DNA from: an uncultured Phycisphaerales bacterium
GTDB taxonomy: Bacteria; Planctomycetota; Phycisphaerae; Tepidisphaerales; Tepidisphaeraceae
Length of the DNA stretch: 64,000 bases
NCBI GenBank assembly: GCA_963758525.1
Contig: CAVWVQ010000003.1
Span: 288,001-352,000 of the forward strand
Reading direction: 5' to 3'
Shown: in pieces, positions 1 through 10,704 of the stretch
How positions within the stretch are numbered: position 1 is the first letter of the stretch
How the letters are laid out: each line of letters opens with the position of its first letter
Made by a program: the position numbers and the translations under genes
Notes under the pieces: generated by a model
The model's database searches: none
What the model was told of the DNA's origin: nothing
Seen by the model: only the letters and a program-made list of their open reading frames with translations

Positions 1-517
1 GGTCCTGCGGTCCGCGACTGGTCACCAGATTCCCGTCGTGGATGAGCGGCTCATCCAGCCATGTGGCGCCGGCGTTAATCAAGTCGTCGCGCAGTCCTGG
101 CCATGAGGTCAAACGCCGGCCGTGCAGGAGCCCCGCCGACGCCAAGACCCACGGGCCGTGGCACAGGCTGGCGATCGGTTTGCCGGTCTGGGCGTACGCC
201 CGGACAAAGGCGCGGGCGGCGGCGGATTGGCGCAGCAGATCAGGATTGACAAACCCGCCGGGGATCAGCAGCCCGTCGTAGTCGTTGGGGTCGGCTTCAT
301 CCAGCGTCAGATCGACGCCCACGCGCATCGCGGGTTCATGCAGGTTCATCCCCCGGATATGGCCGGGATGAATCGAGATAACATCCACTGTCGCTCCGGC
401 CAGTCGCATCGCGTTGGCGGGAACGACCAGTTCAACCAACTCAAAACCGTCGACCGCCAGGACGGCGATGCGTCGCCCGGCCAAGGGCCCGTTTCCGTGC
501 AGTATTTCGCTTAGCAT
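1..517 (-). CDS. PfpI/DJ-1 family (type 1 glutamine amidotransferase-like) protein, runs off the window
   Basis: Hand translation from ATG 517 (not in the ORF track): MLSEILHGNGPLAGRRIAVLAVDGFELVEL...YDGLLIPGGFVNPDLLR...KPIASLCHGPWVLASAG...LVTSRGPQD; DGFE, PGG and CHGP motifs of PfpI. Confidence 0.9.
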   Translation of the reverse strand, partial: MLSEILHGNGPLAGRRIAVLAVDGFELVELVVPANAMRLAGATVDVISIHPGHIRGMNLHEPAMRVGVDLTLDEADPNDYDGLLIPGGFVNPDLLRQSAAARAFVRAYAQTGKPIASLCHGPWVLASAGLLHGRRLTSWPGLRDDLINAGATWLDEPLIHDGNLVTSRGPQD

Positions 518-611
518 GGTGCAACTCCGATAAATGGCCCCTTGCTCGTGCCGCTGCCGCGTTGGGCGGCGGACGCGAAGAGGTAAGCCAACGTGTGTGC
601 GATTCACACCG

Positions 612-1040
612 TCAGGCGTTGATCAGCCCTTCGGCTTTATCCTTCGACAGCCGCGGCGCAAAAAAGATGTCGGCCACGACGACCGGCAAGACCGCTGCGA
701 AAATCGTGGCGAGGCCGCCGGGGTTCTTCGTACGGGTGGCAGCCGTGCTGAGCAACACGCCGTCGAGCAGGTCGCCAAAGACGCGCGACCACAGACCCGG
801 AGCCGGGTCCTCGTGCGACAGAAGGTCGATCCCGTGCATGATCTCCCGAATGCCGAGAACACGCAGAATACCGGTAACTTGGCCGTTGCCGACGCCCATC
901 TTCTTTTCCAACTGCTTGGGCGAGAGGAGCTCAGTCAAACCGACAACGATGCTAGTCCAGCCCAGACACTGCGCCGCCTGCTGGTCGACAGCGGCGCGAC
1001 GGCGGGATTCGTACGACGATTTAGATTGCATGAAATGCAT
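612..1040 (-). CDS. Small membrane protein of the type found with SRPBCC/stress clusters
   Basis: 142-aa ORF, motifs LGW.S..VG..EL, LG.REI..G, LWSRV.GD.LD; co-oriented in the cluster. Confidence 0.65.
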   Translation of the reverse strand: MHFMQSKSSYESRRRAAVDQQAAQCLGWTSIVVGLTELLSPKQLEKKMGVGNGQVTGILRVLGIREIMHGIDLLSHEDPAPGLWSRVFGDLLDGVLLSTAATRTKNPGGLATIFAAVLPVVVADIFFAPRLSKDKAEGLINA

Positions 1041-1081
1041 GATGACATGCTCCGTTTTCTCAGTGTTTCAATTGCCTTCCG

Positions 1082-2274
1082 TCATGCCGCCGGGTCAAGG
1101 ACGACCTTGACGCAGCCGTCCATCTTCTCGCGGAAGATGTGGTAGCCCTGCGGGGCCTGGCTGAGCGGGATGCGGTGCGTGACGACGAAGCTCGGATCGA
1201 TCCGGCCGCTGCGGATATGATCCATCAGCTCGGGGACGTAGCGATGGACGTGCGTCTGGCCGGTCTTGATGGTCAAAGCCTTGTTCATCAGCGCGCCCAT
1301 CGGAATCTTGTCCGACATCCCGCCGTACACCCCGGGAATGGACACAGTGCCGCCCTTGCGGCAGCAGTTGATGACCTGACGGATGACCGCAGGGCGTTCA
1401 GTCTCCATCATCAGGTTGGTTTTAAGTTTGTCGTACACCGTCTCAAACGGCGTGGACCCGTGGGCTTCCATGCCAACGGCGTCGATCGCGATGTCGGGAC
1501 CCAATCCCGACGTCAGGTCGAGCAGACGGTCGTAGACGTCGTCGTGCCGGTTGTCGACCACAATCGCGCCAGCGTCGGCGGCCATGCGAAGGCGCTCCGG
1601 AACCGTCCGGCCGTTGTCGATCGCGATCACCTTCGCCGCGCCGAGCAGCATCGCGCTGCGGATCGTGAATTGCCCCACCGGGCCGCAGCCCCAGACGGCG
1701 ACGGTATCGTCGCGCTGGATGTTGCAGTGGTGCGCCGCCATGTAACCGGTCGGTAAGATGTCAGAGAGGAACACGAGTTGGTGGTCGTGAAACTCCTGGG
1801 GCATGACCTGGCAGTTGACGTCGGCGAGCGGCACGCGGAGGTACTCCGCCTGCCCGCCCGAGAAGCCGCCGGTCAGGTGCGAGTAGCCGAAGATGCCGGC
1901 GGTCGACTGGCCGAACATCTCCTCGCCGATGTAGGCCTTGGGGTTCGTGTTGTCGCAGCAACTGAACAATTGCCGCTTGCAGAAGAAGCATTCGCCGCAA
2001 GCAATGGGGAACGGGACGACGACGCGATCACCGACCTTCACCTTGCTCTTGTCGACGTCCGGGCCGACCTCTTCGACGATGCCCATTGGCTCGTGGCCGA
2101 GGACGTCGCCAGGCTTCATGAACGGAACGAAGCCGTCCACGAGGTGCAGATCGGAGCCACAGATGCAGGTCGAGGTAATTTTGACGATAGCGTCCCGGCG
2201 ATTGAGGATCTTTGGGTCAGGGACCCGCTCGACCTTCACCTTGTAGGGGCGCACCAGATTAATGCTTTCATCAT
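1082..2274 (-). CDS. Zinc-dependent alcohol/formaldehyde dehydrogenase (YbdR/FdhA-like)
   Basis: ICGSDLH, GHE, structural Zn motif C..C..C...C, GCGPVG; probable start MKALIWC at ~2271 with a 1-nt frameshift in the C run near 2247. Confidence 0.9.
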
Positions 2275-2307
2275 GATAGTTGTCCTTCCGTGACCGGCCG
2301 TTCACGA

Positions 2308-3261
2308 TCAGGTGAACAGCGGACGCCATTGGTTTTCCGTGTACGGTTTGCCTTGGCCAGTGCAGGTGCCATGGGGCTGATTGATGATGGTTAAGATCTC
2401 GCCGACCTCCATCAGCCGCTTCAAGTTGCGAAGGTCTTCGCGCACGACACGCTTGGGGTTGCTGCCGAGCAGCGACGCAATCAGGTGACCCAGGCGTCCC
2501 GCTGGTGGGACATAGTCCATGCGGACGTGCACTTCCGTGCCGCGGTCCTCGCTGAGCCCCGGCGAGAAGGTGATTTGGCCAGCGTTCTGCACATCAGCGC
2601 CGGCGAGAGACCGCCAGGCGATGCGGCGGTTGGGCTCGTCGGTCGTGATCTCCGCGTCCCACTCAAAGCGTTTGCCGCCGAGGCTATTCGCTTTCGCGAC
2701 CCAGTGCGACCGGCGGTCGTCGATCACGCGCACGGACTCCAAGTGCGTCATGATGCGCGGGAGATTTTCAAAGTTGCGCCAGAAACTGTAGAGCTCTTCT
2801 GGAGATTTGCGGATACCGAAGGCGGTGGCGATGTGGATGCCGTTGTGCAGGCTTTCCAAGCCCTCGGCCTGGCCTTGGCCGGGCTCGGTCGTGTCGAGAT
2901 CCATTGCGCGGTACATGGGACATGACCCGGTCACGCCTCGGTAAACCATCGCGCCGCCCACCACCGCCCCAAGCAAGCCCGGCAGGGATCCGCGAGACAA
3001 GCCGGCCAGACCGATGATCGCGCCCGCCGCGATGGAGACGGCGCGTTCACCGTCCCCGACGTTCACCTGCTGACCCTGCCGTTGCAACTGCCGGCCTTGC
3101 GGCGATCGGCCGATCGAGGGCCGGTGCAAAAACCGTTCGCCCTCCAAATCGTCCTGTCGTTCGGTCGGCCGCTCCTGGGCGGCGACGCCGGGATTGCCGC
3201 CGTTATAGCCGGGTGTCCCCTTCGGCGAGTTGGCCTTGGGTAAGTCTTCAAGTCGTGTCAT
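2308..3261 (-). CDS. SRPBCC (cyclase/dehydrase) family protein with N-terminal DUF2892-like segment
   Basis: [38 protein letters not shown]...PN..IAWRS; GGAGG RBS before ATG 3261. Confidence 0.88.
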   Translation of the reverse strand: MTRLEDLPKANSPKGTPGYNGGNPGVAAQERPTERQDDLEGERFLHRPSIGRSPQGRQLQRQGQQVNVGDGERAVSIAAGAIIGLAGLSRGSLPGLLGAVVGGAMVYRGVTGSCPMYRAMDLDTTEPGQGQAEGLESLHNGIHIATAFGIRKSPEELYSFWRNFENLPRIMTHLESVRVIDDRRSHWVAKANSLGGKRFEWDAEITTDEPNRRIAWRSLAGADVQNAGQITFSPGLSEDRGTEVHVRMDYVPPAGRLGHLIASLLGSNPKRVVREDLRNLKRLMEVGEILTIINQPHGTCTGQGKPYTENQWRPLFT

Positions 3262-3812
3262 ATTGCCTCCGTGAAAAACGCCATACGCAAGTGACGCGTT
3301 GTCGCTCGGTCGCAGGCGCCGATACATCTGTTCCACACGGTCGCCATTTTGGTGGCTCGCGTGCGAGTGCAACCGAGGTGCCCTTAGCGGCAAGATTTTT
3401 CGGAATCGGTCTAAAAAAAAGAATTTCACCCGCTTAAGGTGCTGCAGCAGTAGCCGCAATATGCATCGGGGTGACTCATCGGCGAGATATGCCGGTACAG
3501 AAACCTGAGAAGCTCAACGGCGCGCCGGCCGCATGTCGTACCTAGCCCGACAGGTTAGCGCGGGAGCGTGGGCGAGTGAGCGGCTCGTTTGAGCATTGAA
3601 TCCCCGGGGGGTAAGGCACGATCCCAGTCGGTCGGTGAGAGGCACCTTCGCCAGCTGACATGCTACCACGCACACACGACCGGCATCTGGAAGCGCTTCG
3701 TTCCCCCCAACTAAAATCATAACGCACGCGCCAACACCTGCAGCCCAGCTAATCGTGGCAGTCCCCCACGTACGCTGCCTGCGCGGCAGAATAATGAATG
3801 TCTTGTTAAGAA

Positions 3813-3883
3813 TGGAGCCACGGGGAATCGAACCCCGATTTGCTGAATGCGATTCAGCCGTCATCCCGTTAGACCATGGCCCC
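3813..3883 (-). tRNA. tRNA-Ala (anticodon CGC), CCA not encoded
   Basis: GGGGCCA/TGGCTCC acceptor with G3:U70, anticodon stem GCTGA/TCAGC, loop ATCGCAT, T arm CGGGG-TTCGATT-CCCCG, discriminator A. Confidence 0.92.
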
Positions 3884-4094
3884 GAAACGCCAAGGGCGAT
3901 TGTATTGCAGGATCACTCGCGGTCAAGGATCGCGCGGCAATTCGAGCCGGCGCGAGCGTGTGCGTACTGCTTGCTGTAAAGGCATCCCATCGCGGCACTC
4001 AATGACCTCGCGAGCGCCCCTCCCAAAGTTGTTTAGCGGCTGCCCCCACGGCAGCGAAGTCTCCCCCACTTGCGCGTATTCGCGAACGTTCATC

Positions 4095-4206
4095 TAGAGT
4101 AGTTTCAGGTTGATCGCGCGTTTGTGGCGCAGGCTTCCAGCCTGCCTCCGGGGAGCAGGCTGGAAGCCCGCACCACAATGGCCGCAGTCCAACCTGAACA
4201 GCTCTA
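4095..4206. mobile_element. MITE-like element with TAGAG...CTCTA ends enclosing a REP doublet
   Basis: TAGAGTAGTTTCAGGTTG (4095) vs CAACCTGAACAGCTCTA (to 4206) imperfect IR; inner hairpin TGTGGCGCAGGCTTCCAGCCTGC...GCAGGCTGGAAGCCCGCACCACA; right end coincides with the GT2 stop codon. Confidence 0.6.
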
Positions 4207-5774
4207 CGCCGACAAAGACTCCGCAGCGTCCGCGACGATCGGCTGGTCCAGCTCCATCTGCTGATTCATCTTCCAGAGCGTGGCGAGCGACGAGAAGCCC
4301 ACGTAAAAGTACCCGCCGGCGAAGATCAGCAGGAAGGCGATCGTGCCATAGCCGAAGCCCCAGAGCAGGCTGATGACGATGCAACTGGCCATGTAGACGC
4401 CAAAGGCAATCTCCAGCAGCGGGAGCCAGATCCGCTTGAAGGTCAGCACACTGTCCCCACGCAGTTTTCGGCGGTCGTTGCCGGTCACTCCGTACTTGGG
4501 CGTCCGCACAAATTCGCTGGGCTTGCGGCGGATCGAACCCCAGATCGCTTCAAAGACGGCCTTCGCATTGTTCAAACCGAGACCCACGCCAAGACTCATC
4601 AGGAAAGGCATGTAGAGAATCGTTTTCCACCCGGCTTTGTCGCCGAACAACTCACGCTGCCCGAAGACAAAAAATGTGCTGGCAGAGGCAGTAGCAAGAA
4701 TGAACAAGCCGACGCTGAAGAGGTAATGGCCCCAGGTATGTCCCTTGAGCGGCGCCTCGACGTTGTCGACGTAGCCAAAGAAGACGGGATACATGAGCAG
4801 CGTGAGCATCACCATCAGCGGATAGACCAGCGTGTTGGTCAGGTGATAAAACGCTTCCATCTTGATGCCCCACGACAATTGCTTGGACCGCAGGATGCGC
4901 GGGAGGAGCTTGATGGCGGTCTGGAAGCTGCCCTTCGTCCAGCGATGCGCCTGCTGCTTGAATCCGATCATTTCCGGAGGAAGCTCGGCCGTGCGCAGAA
5001 CTGAGGCAGATACACGAACTGCCAGCCTTTGAGCTGCGCGCGGTAGCTGAGGTCGAGATCTTCGGTGAGCGTATCGTGCTGCCAGCCACCGGCGTCGTCG
5101 ATGGTGGCTTTCCGCCAGACGCCAGCCGTCCCGTTGAAGTGCATAAACCTGCCGGAGCGGTTGCGGGCGGTGTGCTCGATGACGAAATGCCCGTCGAGGA
5201 AGATTGCCTGGCTTTTGGTCAGCAGCGATGCGTCGCGGTTCAGGTGGTCCCAGCGCACTTGCACCATGCCGATTTTGTCGTCTGTGAAATAGTTCACGAC
5301 ATTTTTGAGAATGTCGCGCGGCGGAACGAAATCAGCATCGAAGATGGCGATGAAATCGCCGCTCGCCTGCCGCATCCCCTCGGCAAGAGCCCCCGCTTTG
5401 TAGCCGATGCGGTTCTCACGCCGCACGTACTTGATCGGATATCCCTTGGCGGCCCACTCCTCGCACACGGCTTTGGCAATGTCCGCGGAGTGATCGGTGC
5501 TGTCGTCGAGCACCTGAATTTCGAGCAATTCCAGCGGGTAGTCCAACTGACAACAGTGCCGGATCACCCGCTCGGCAACCTGGTACTCATTGAACATCGG
5601 CAACTGCACGGTGATCCGCGGAAGAGTCTTGTACTTGCTTTTGGGCTCGTAGATGTCATCGCGGTGCTTGATGTACAGGTACACCAGAACGTAGCGGTGG
5701 AATCCATAGAACGCGACCGCCAGCAGAACCGCGACGTAAACCGTCACGATAATCACCTGCACCGGATGCCACAT
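4204..5774 (-). CDS. Family 2 glycosyltransferase, cellulose-synthase-like (CslA/CslC type); frameshift near 4990
   Basis: VQLPMFNE, QVLDDSTD, KAGAL, FDADF, TEDLDL, QQAHRW (QxxRW) across two overlapping ORFs; C-terminal TM helices. Confidence 0.9.
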
Positions 5775-6301
5775 AAGTTAGCTTACTTTCAGCGGACTGG
5801 CTCATCCGCCAGCCCGCAATAATCGGACGACATTTCTTCCCTGGGCGAGATGTGACGCCCGGCCTGGTTCACCCACAACGGAGCAGGATGGGCCGCTATT
5901 GCCCCAAAAACAGTAAATTCCTACCACAGCAAAACTTTTGACACATGTCCATTGATCGTCGGAGGCGGCGGTTTGGCCGGATCATAAGGAACCGGCCGTC
6001 TTACTGTCAATATTCAGAATCGATCGCAACTGTTGCCCCGGAAGTTGCCTACCCACGCAGCAGCCGCGTGAAAGCGATGCCGCGCCTTTGGGCAGCGGAG
6101 CCGCGGATGTACATCCGGGGCTTCTTCACTGCGGTTCACTGCGTTCGGGTCGTCGCCTCCTCAGCAACCCTGCATCTATTAACCCTCCGAGTTGCAATTC
6201 GTTGAATGGCGTGACAACGTACTGAAGCGCAGGCAGTACTCTAAAGGTTCATAGCTGGATCGCCGTATTGCTCCGCACCCGGTCTGATGGAGGTTCCCGA
6301 A

Positions 6302-7742
6302 ATGGTATCCCGTGATTCGCTCACTCGTCGTGATTTCGTCAAACGCACCGCCGCGCTGACCTTGGCCGCACCGGTGCTCGGGTCGGCTCGCGCGGTGCGC
6401 GCCGCCAAAGCGGCAACCCTCCCTCCCAGCGAGCGGATCACACTGGGATTTATCGGCATCGGCAAGCAGGCAACCGGGCATCTCGAGGCCCTCAGCGGCC
6501 TGGGCAATACCCAGGTCCTGGCCGTCTGCGACGTCGAGCCGATCCGACGCGCCCGGGCAAAGGAAATCGTCGACAAAAAATACGAGTTGCTCGAGCGCAA
6601 GGAAGCCGCTCCCTGCGATGCGTATAAGGACTTCCGCGAGCTGCTCGATCGCAAGGACATCGACGCGGTGGTGATCGGCGTTCCCGACCACTGGCATGCC
6701 GCGATTGCGATTGAAGCGTGCAAAGCCGGCAAGGACATCTACTGCGAAAAGCCGCTCACGCTGACGATTCACGAAGCCAAGACACTGATGGATGCCGTTC
6801 GCAAGCACGACCGGATCTTCCAGACCGGCAGCCAGCAGCGCTCCCAAGGCCCCTTCCGCCAGGCGTGCGATTACATCCGCAACGGCCGGCTCGGAAAGAT
6901 CTCTGAAGTTCACGTCGGCATCGGCCCGACCAGCAAGCCGTGCGACCTCCCGGGCGAAGAGCCGGAAGCCGGGCTCGACTGGGACGTCTGGCTCGGACAG
7001 GCGCCGATGCGGCCGTACAACCAGATCATCTGCCACCCGGGTCTTCCCGACACGTATCCCTTCAACCCCGGCTGGCGCGACTACCGCGAATACTCCGGCG
7101 GCTTCATCACCGACTGGGGCGCACACCACTTTGACATCACCCAGTGGGCGCTGGACATGGACCACTCGGGCCCCGTTGAAACCCGCGTCTCCACCTTGAA
7201 GGACCCCCAGTATGTGCGCGCAGGTTGTCTATCGCGGCTCGCCCGTCGGCGATGAAATCGTCGTCACCCACGTCAACAAGGTCTACGAATACGACACACT
7301 CGAGCCGCCCAAGTCGAAGAAGAAAGCCACCACCGAACCTGGCACTCAGCCGCAGAAGCTGACCACGCCGCGCCACGTTGTGGAAACCAATGGCATTCTT
7401 TTCATCGGCGAAAAAGGGAAGCTCTTCGTCAGCCGCAGCGATATCCGCACCGACCCCGAGTCCATCCTCGCCGAGCCGCTCACGGACAGCGACAAGAAAC
7501 TCTTCGTGTCTCCCGGCCAGCGGGAGAACTGGCTCGATTGCATCAAGTCGCGCGCCCTGCCGATCTGCGATGTCGAGATCGGTGCGCGGAGCGTAACCGT
7601 CTGTCATCTGATGAACCTCACCTATTGGCATGGCCGGAACCTCAAATGGGATCCCAAAACCTGGGAATTCCCCGGCGATGCCGAGGCCAACGACTGGCGC
7701 ACGCGGGAGCGGCGCAAGGGATACGAACTGCCGGAGATTTGA
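6302..7742 (+). CDS. Tat-exported Gfo/Idh/MocA oxidoreductase; frameshift near 7210
   Basis: TRRDFVK twin-arginine signal, GFIGIGKQ, PDHWH, YCEKPL, DWGAHHFD; C-terminus in the second ORF. Confidence 0.9.
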
Positions 7743-7967
7743 GGCTGGTGATTGGTGATTGGAACGTGACAAGAGAGTTGAAGACTAACGCGATCCGCTG
7801 CGACCGACGCGCGGTGATTTCGCCAGCTTGCTGAGCGGTGGCTTGCCCTTCGCGGGGCCAAGGAAGAATATTGGATCGTGCAGCCGCAAGTCATCGTCAC
7901 CGGCCATATCCGCCTCGACATCATTTCCGACTGGAAGCGCCTGTCCAATGCCGAGGCACGCGATGCG

Positions 7968-8045
7968 ACCCTGAACCCTGAACCCTGAACCCTGAACCCT
8001 GACACCCTGAACCCTGACACCCTGAACCCTGACACCCTGAACCCT
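7968..8045. repeat. Heptamer tandem repeat (CCCTGAA/CCCTGACA)n
   Basis: About 10 units directly after the rhomboid stop; the same unit appears inverted at 39627. Confidence 0.9.
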
Positions 8046-8047
8046 CA

Positions 8048-8965
8048 TCACTTCTCCGCGCCCGCGCCGACGTCCGCAGCGGCCCGGTAGTCCTCGTTCG
8101 ATGGTTCCAAATCGCGGGCCCGTTTAAACGCGGTCATGGCTTCAGAGTGACGCTGCATGCGATCGTATGCGATTCCTAAATCGTACCAGTCGACCGCGAT
8201 GCCCGGCTGCATGCGCGTGGCATCCCGATACCAGCGAATCGCCTCCTCGTTTCGTTCAGCGATCAACGCGTCGTACCCCAGTTGGCCTTCCTCATATCCG
8301 GCATTCTTTGAGAAGTTGATCCACGGCCGTGCGAAGGTTGAGCCGACCAGCACGCCAATGACAAGAATGGACAATCCCGCCGACGCCAGGAAGCGTCGCG
8401 CCGGGGCCGCGGAAATTGCCAGTCCCAACAGGGCTCCCGCAACCGCGCCCACGCCGTGCGCGATATTGGCAATCGGATAGCCTGCGACCGTGAACGCGAT
8501 ACAGGCAAAAAACCAGATGACGAACAGCTCGATGGTTCTCTGGTCGATGACTCCATCGAACCGGCGATCCCGGCCCGACAGCACCCAGATCAATCCGAAC
8601 AGTCCGTAGCCGACGCCCGAAAGCCCGACACCGCCGTCGAGCAACGCGTATTCCGCGCCGTTCGATGCGAGCGCGAGCAGCACGAATATGCCAAAGGTTT
8701 TGGCGTGCCCAAAGGTCTCCTCGACGAGCGTTCCAAAGATCCAGATCCACCAGACATTGAACAGCAGATGCAACACATTCGCATGCGGCAAGACGGATGT
8801 CAGCAAGCGCCAGACTTGCCCCCGGCGGATATCCACCGTCTCAAACAGCGCGCGAATTTCCACCTTCCCCGACCACCACGCAAGCGTGACGCCAACCGCC
8901 AGCGCAATCGTCCCGCCGACCACGGGATATTTGAAGAAATCAGTCCAAGGCGGTGAGCGGCGCAT
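8048..8965 (-). CDS. Rhomboid intramembrane serine protease with C-terminal TPR
   Basis: WRLLTS, H.N.LH..FN, GLSGV (catalytic Ser), ANIAHG.G (catalytic His), TPR-like tail. Confidence 0.88.
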   Translation of the reverse strand: MRRSPPWTDFFKYPVVGGTIALAVGVTLAWWSGKVEIRALFETVDIRRGQVWRLLTSVLPHANVLHLLFNVWWIWIFGTLVEETFGHAKTFGIFVLLALASNGAEYALLDGGVGLSGVGYGLFGLIWVLSGRDRRFDGVIDQRTIELFVIWFFACIAFTVAGYPIANIAHGVGAVAGALLGLAISAAPARRFLASAGLSILVIGVLVGSTFARPWINFSKNAGYEEGQLGYDALIAERNEEAIRWYRDATRMQPGIAVDWYDLGIAYDRMQRHSEAMTAFKRARDLEPSNEDYRAAADVGAGAEK

Positions 8966-8973
8966 GGGTTCCT

Positions 8974-9354
8974 TTAGGCGGAATTGATCATGAACGTTGC
9001 CGCGTCGTGAAAGAACGCCCGCAGCGCCGGCAGCACCTGCGCGGGCAGATCGGCCTCGAGCAGTGCCGCCTCCATCAGTGCCATCCATCGATCGCGTGCA
9101 ACCTGATCTATCCGAAACGGATTGTGCCGCATCCGCAGCCGCGGATGGCCGCGCCGCTGAATATATCGTTCGGGTCCCCCGAATCGCCCGACAAGGAACT
9201 CGCGCAGCCGCCACTCCGCGTCGGCAAGGTCACGGACCTTGTACATCGGCCCCAGAATATCGTCCGCCGGCACCCGCCGGTAAAAAGCCGCAACCAGACG
9301 AGCGAAGCCCTCGTCGCCGACGATCCGGAAGATTTCGTGATCCGGGACATTCAT
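8974..9354 (-). CDS. Group II truncated hemoglobin (GlbO-like)
   Basis: LV.AFY.RV..D..L, FGGP..Y...RGHPRLRMRH..F.I....RD.W. Confidence 0.92.
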   Translation of the reverse strand: MNVPDHEIFRIVGDEGFARLVAAFYRRVPADDILGPMYKVRDLADAEWRLREFLVGRFGGPERYIQRRGHPRLRMRHNPFRIDQVARDRWMALMEAALLEADLPAQVLPALRAFFHDAATFMINSA

Positions 9355-9405
9355 GCGGCGCGCACCCGATCTTCCGGGAATCTATGACGATGGTTGCTGC
9401 AACTC

Positions 9406-9450
9406 TTTCCCCCTCCCCTGGTACTCCGGGGGAGAGTCTGGGTGGGGGCT
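9406..9450. repeat. REP-like palindrome, family CCCCTCCCCTGGTACTCCGGGGGAG (single copy)
   Basis: Same motif at 47167, 47273 (inverted), 54284 and 54380 (inverted). Confidence 0.8.
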
Positions 9451-9669
9451 TGCCGGGGATGGCGCGGACCGGTTCGCACTCGAGCTGCCTCGTTGCGCTC
9501 CTCAGGACGAGGAGAAAGCAGGAAGGAAGCTCCCGGATTTTCGGACACGCCGTTCATGCGTCGTTGCATCTCCAATATTGCTTCGTACATCGCCGCCGGT
9601 GTATTCTCAATTGCAGGAAACGAGGCTTTCGATTTTTAGCAGGTCGCCTGATCCATCAACGGAGGCTCC

Positions 9670-10674
9670 ATGAAATTGGCCACTTGGGCAAGGTCTGCTC
9701 TTTTCATCGTTTTGCTGGCGCCCCTCGCGAGCGGCGCGAAGCCCGCGCCCAAGGCCGAAGGTAAAGCGCCCGCCTACCTCACCGTCGAAACCGCGGGGCC
9801 GGACTTCCCGATCCAGGGTGAATATGTCGGGCCGGCCGATGCCAGCGCCCAAAAGCTTGGAGCGCAGGTGATCGCCCTGGGCAACGGCGAATTCCAGGCC
9901 GTCTTTCTCGCCGGCGGACTTCCGGGCGAAGGATACGATGGGAAGAGCCGAGTTGAGGTTCCCGGGAAGTCCGGCACCGCCGCCGGCGAGGCGAGCTTCT
10001 CGGGGGACAGCGCCGACTACACCGGCTCCATCGCTGCCGGCGTCTTTCACGTCAAAACGAAAGACGGCAAGACGCTCGAACTGAAAAAAGTGGAACGCAA
10101 GAGCAGCGAAGAAGGCGCCAAGCCGCCGCCAGGCGCAACCGTCCTGTTCGACGGCACCGACGTATCGCATTGGAAGAACGGCAAGATGGACGATCGGCAT
10201 CTGCTGATGATCGACGCCGAGACGGCCAAACCCTATCAGAACTTCACCCTGCATCTCGAATTCCTCCTCCCCTTCAAGCCGCTCGGCCGCGATCAGGATC
10301 GCGGCAACAGCGGCATCTACATCCAGCACCGCTACGAAGTGCAGGTGCTCGACACCTTCGGCCATCCCACCGAATTCAATGGCTGCGGCTCGATGTATCG
10401 CCAACACGCTCCGCTGGTCAACATGTGCTATCCCCCGCTCAGTTGGCAGACCTACGACATCGACTTCCAGGCGCCCAAATTCGACGACGCCGGCAAGAAA
10501 ACTCACAACGCCGTCATCACCGTCAAGCAGAACGGCGTCGTCGTGCAGGATCAATACGAGATCACCGGGAAAACCGGCGCCGGCAAACCCGAAGGACCCA
10601 ACCCCGCGCCCATCTGGCTCCAGGCCCACGGAAACCCCGTCTTCTACCGCAACATCTGGATCATCGAAAAGTAG
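9670..10674 (+). CDS. Secreted DUF1080 (3-keto-disaccharide hydrolase-like) protein
   Basis: Signal peptide; VLFDG, LHLEF, GNSGIY, YEVQVLD, WQTYDI.F, I.LQAHG.PV.YRNIWI. Confidence 0.9.
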   Translation: MKLATWARSALFIVLLAPLASGAKPAPKAEGKAPAYLTVETAGPDFPIQGEYVGPADASAQKLGAQVIALGNGEFQAVFLAGGLPGEGYDGKSRVEVPGKSGTAAGEASFSGDSADYTGSIAAGVFHVKTKDGKTLELKKVERKSSEEGAKPPPGATVLFDGTDVSHWKNGKMDDRHLLMIDAETAKPYQNFTLHLEFLLPFKPLGRDQDRGNSGIYIQHRYEVQVLDTFGHPTEFNGCGSMYRQHAPLVNMCYPPLSWQTYDIDFQAPKFDDAGKKTHNAVITVKQNGVVVQDQYEITGKTGAGKPEGPNPAPIWLQAHGNPVFYRNIWIIEK

Positions 10675-10704
10675 CAATCGCGTGCGGATGCACGGTGTCT
10701 GCGG

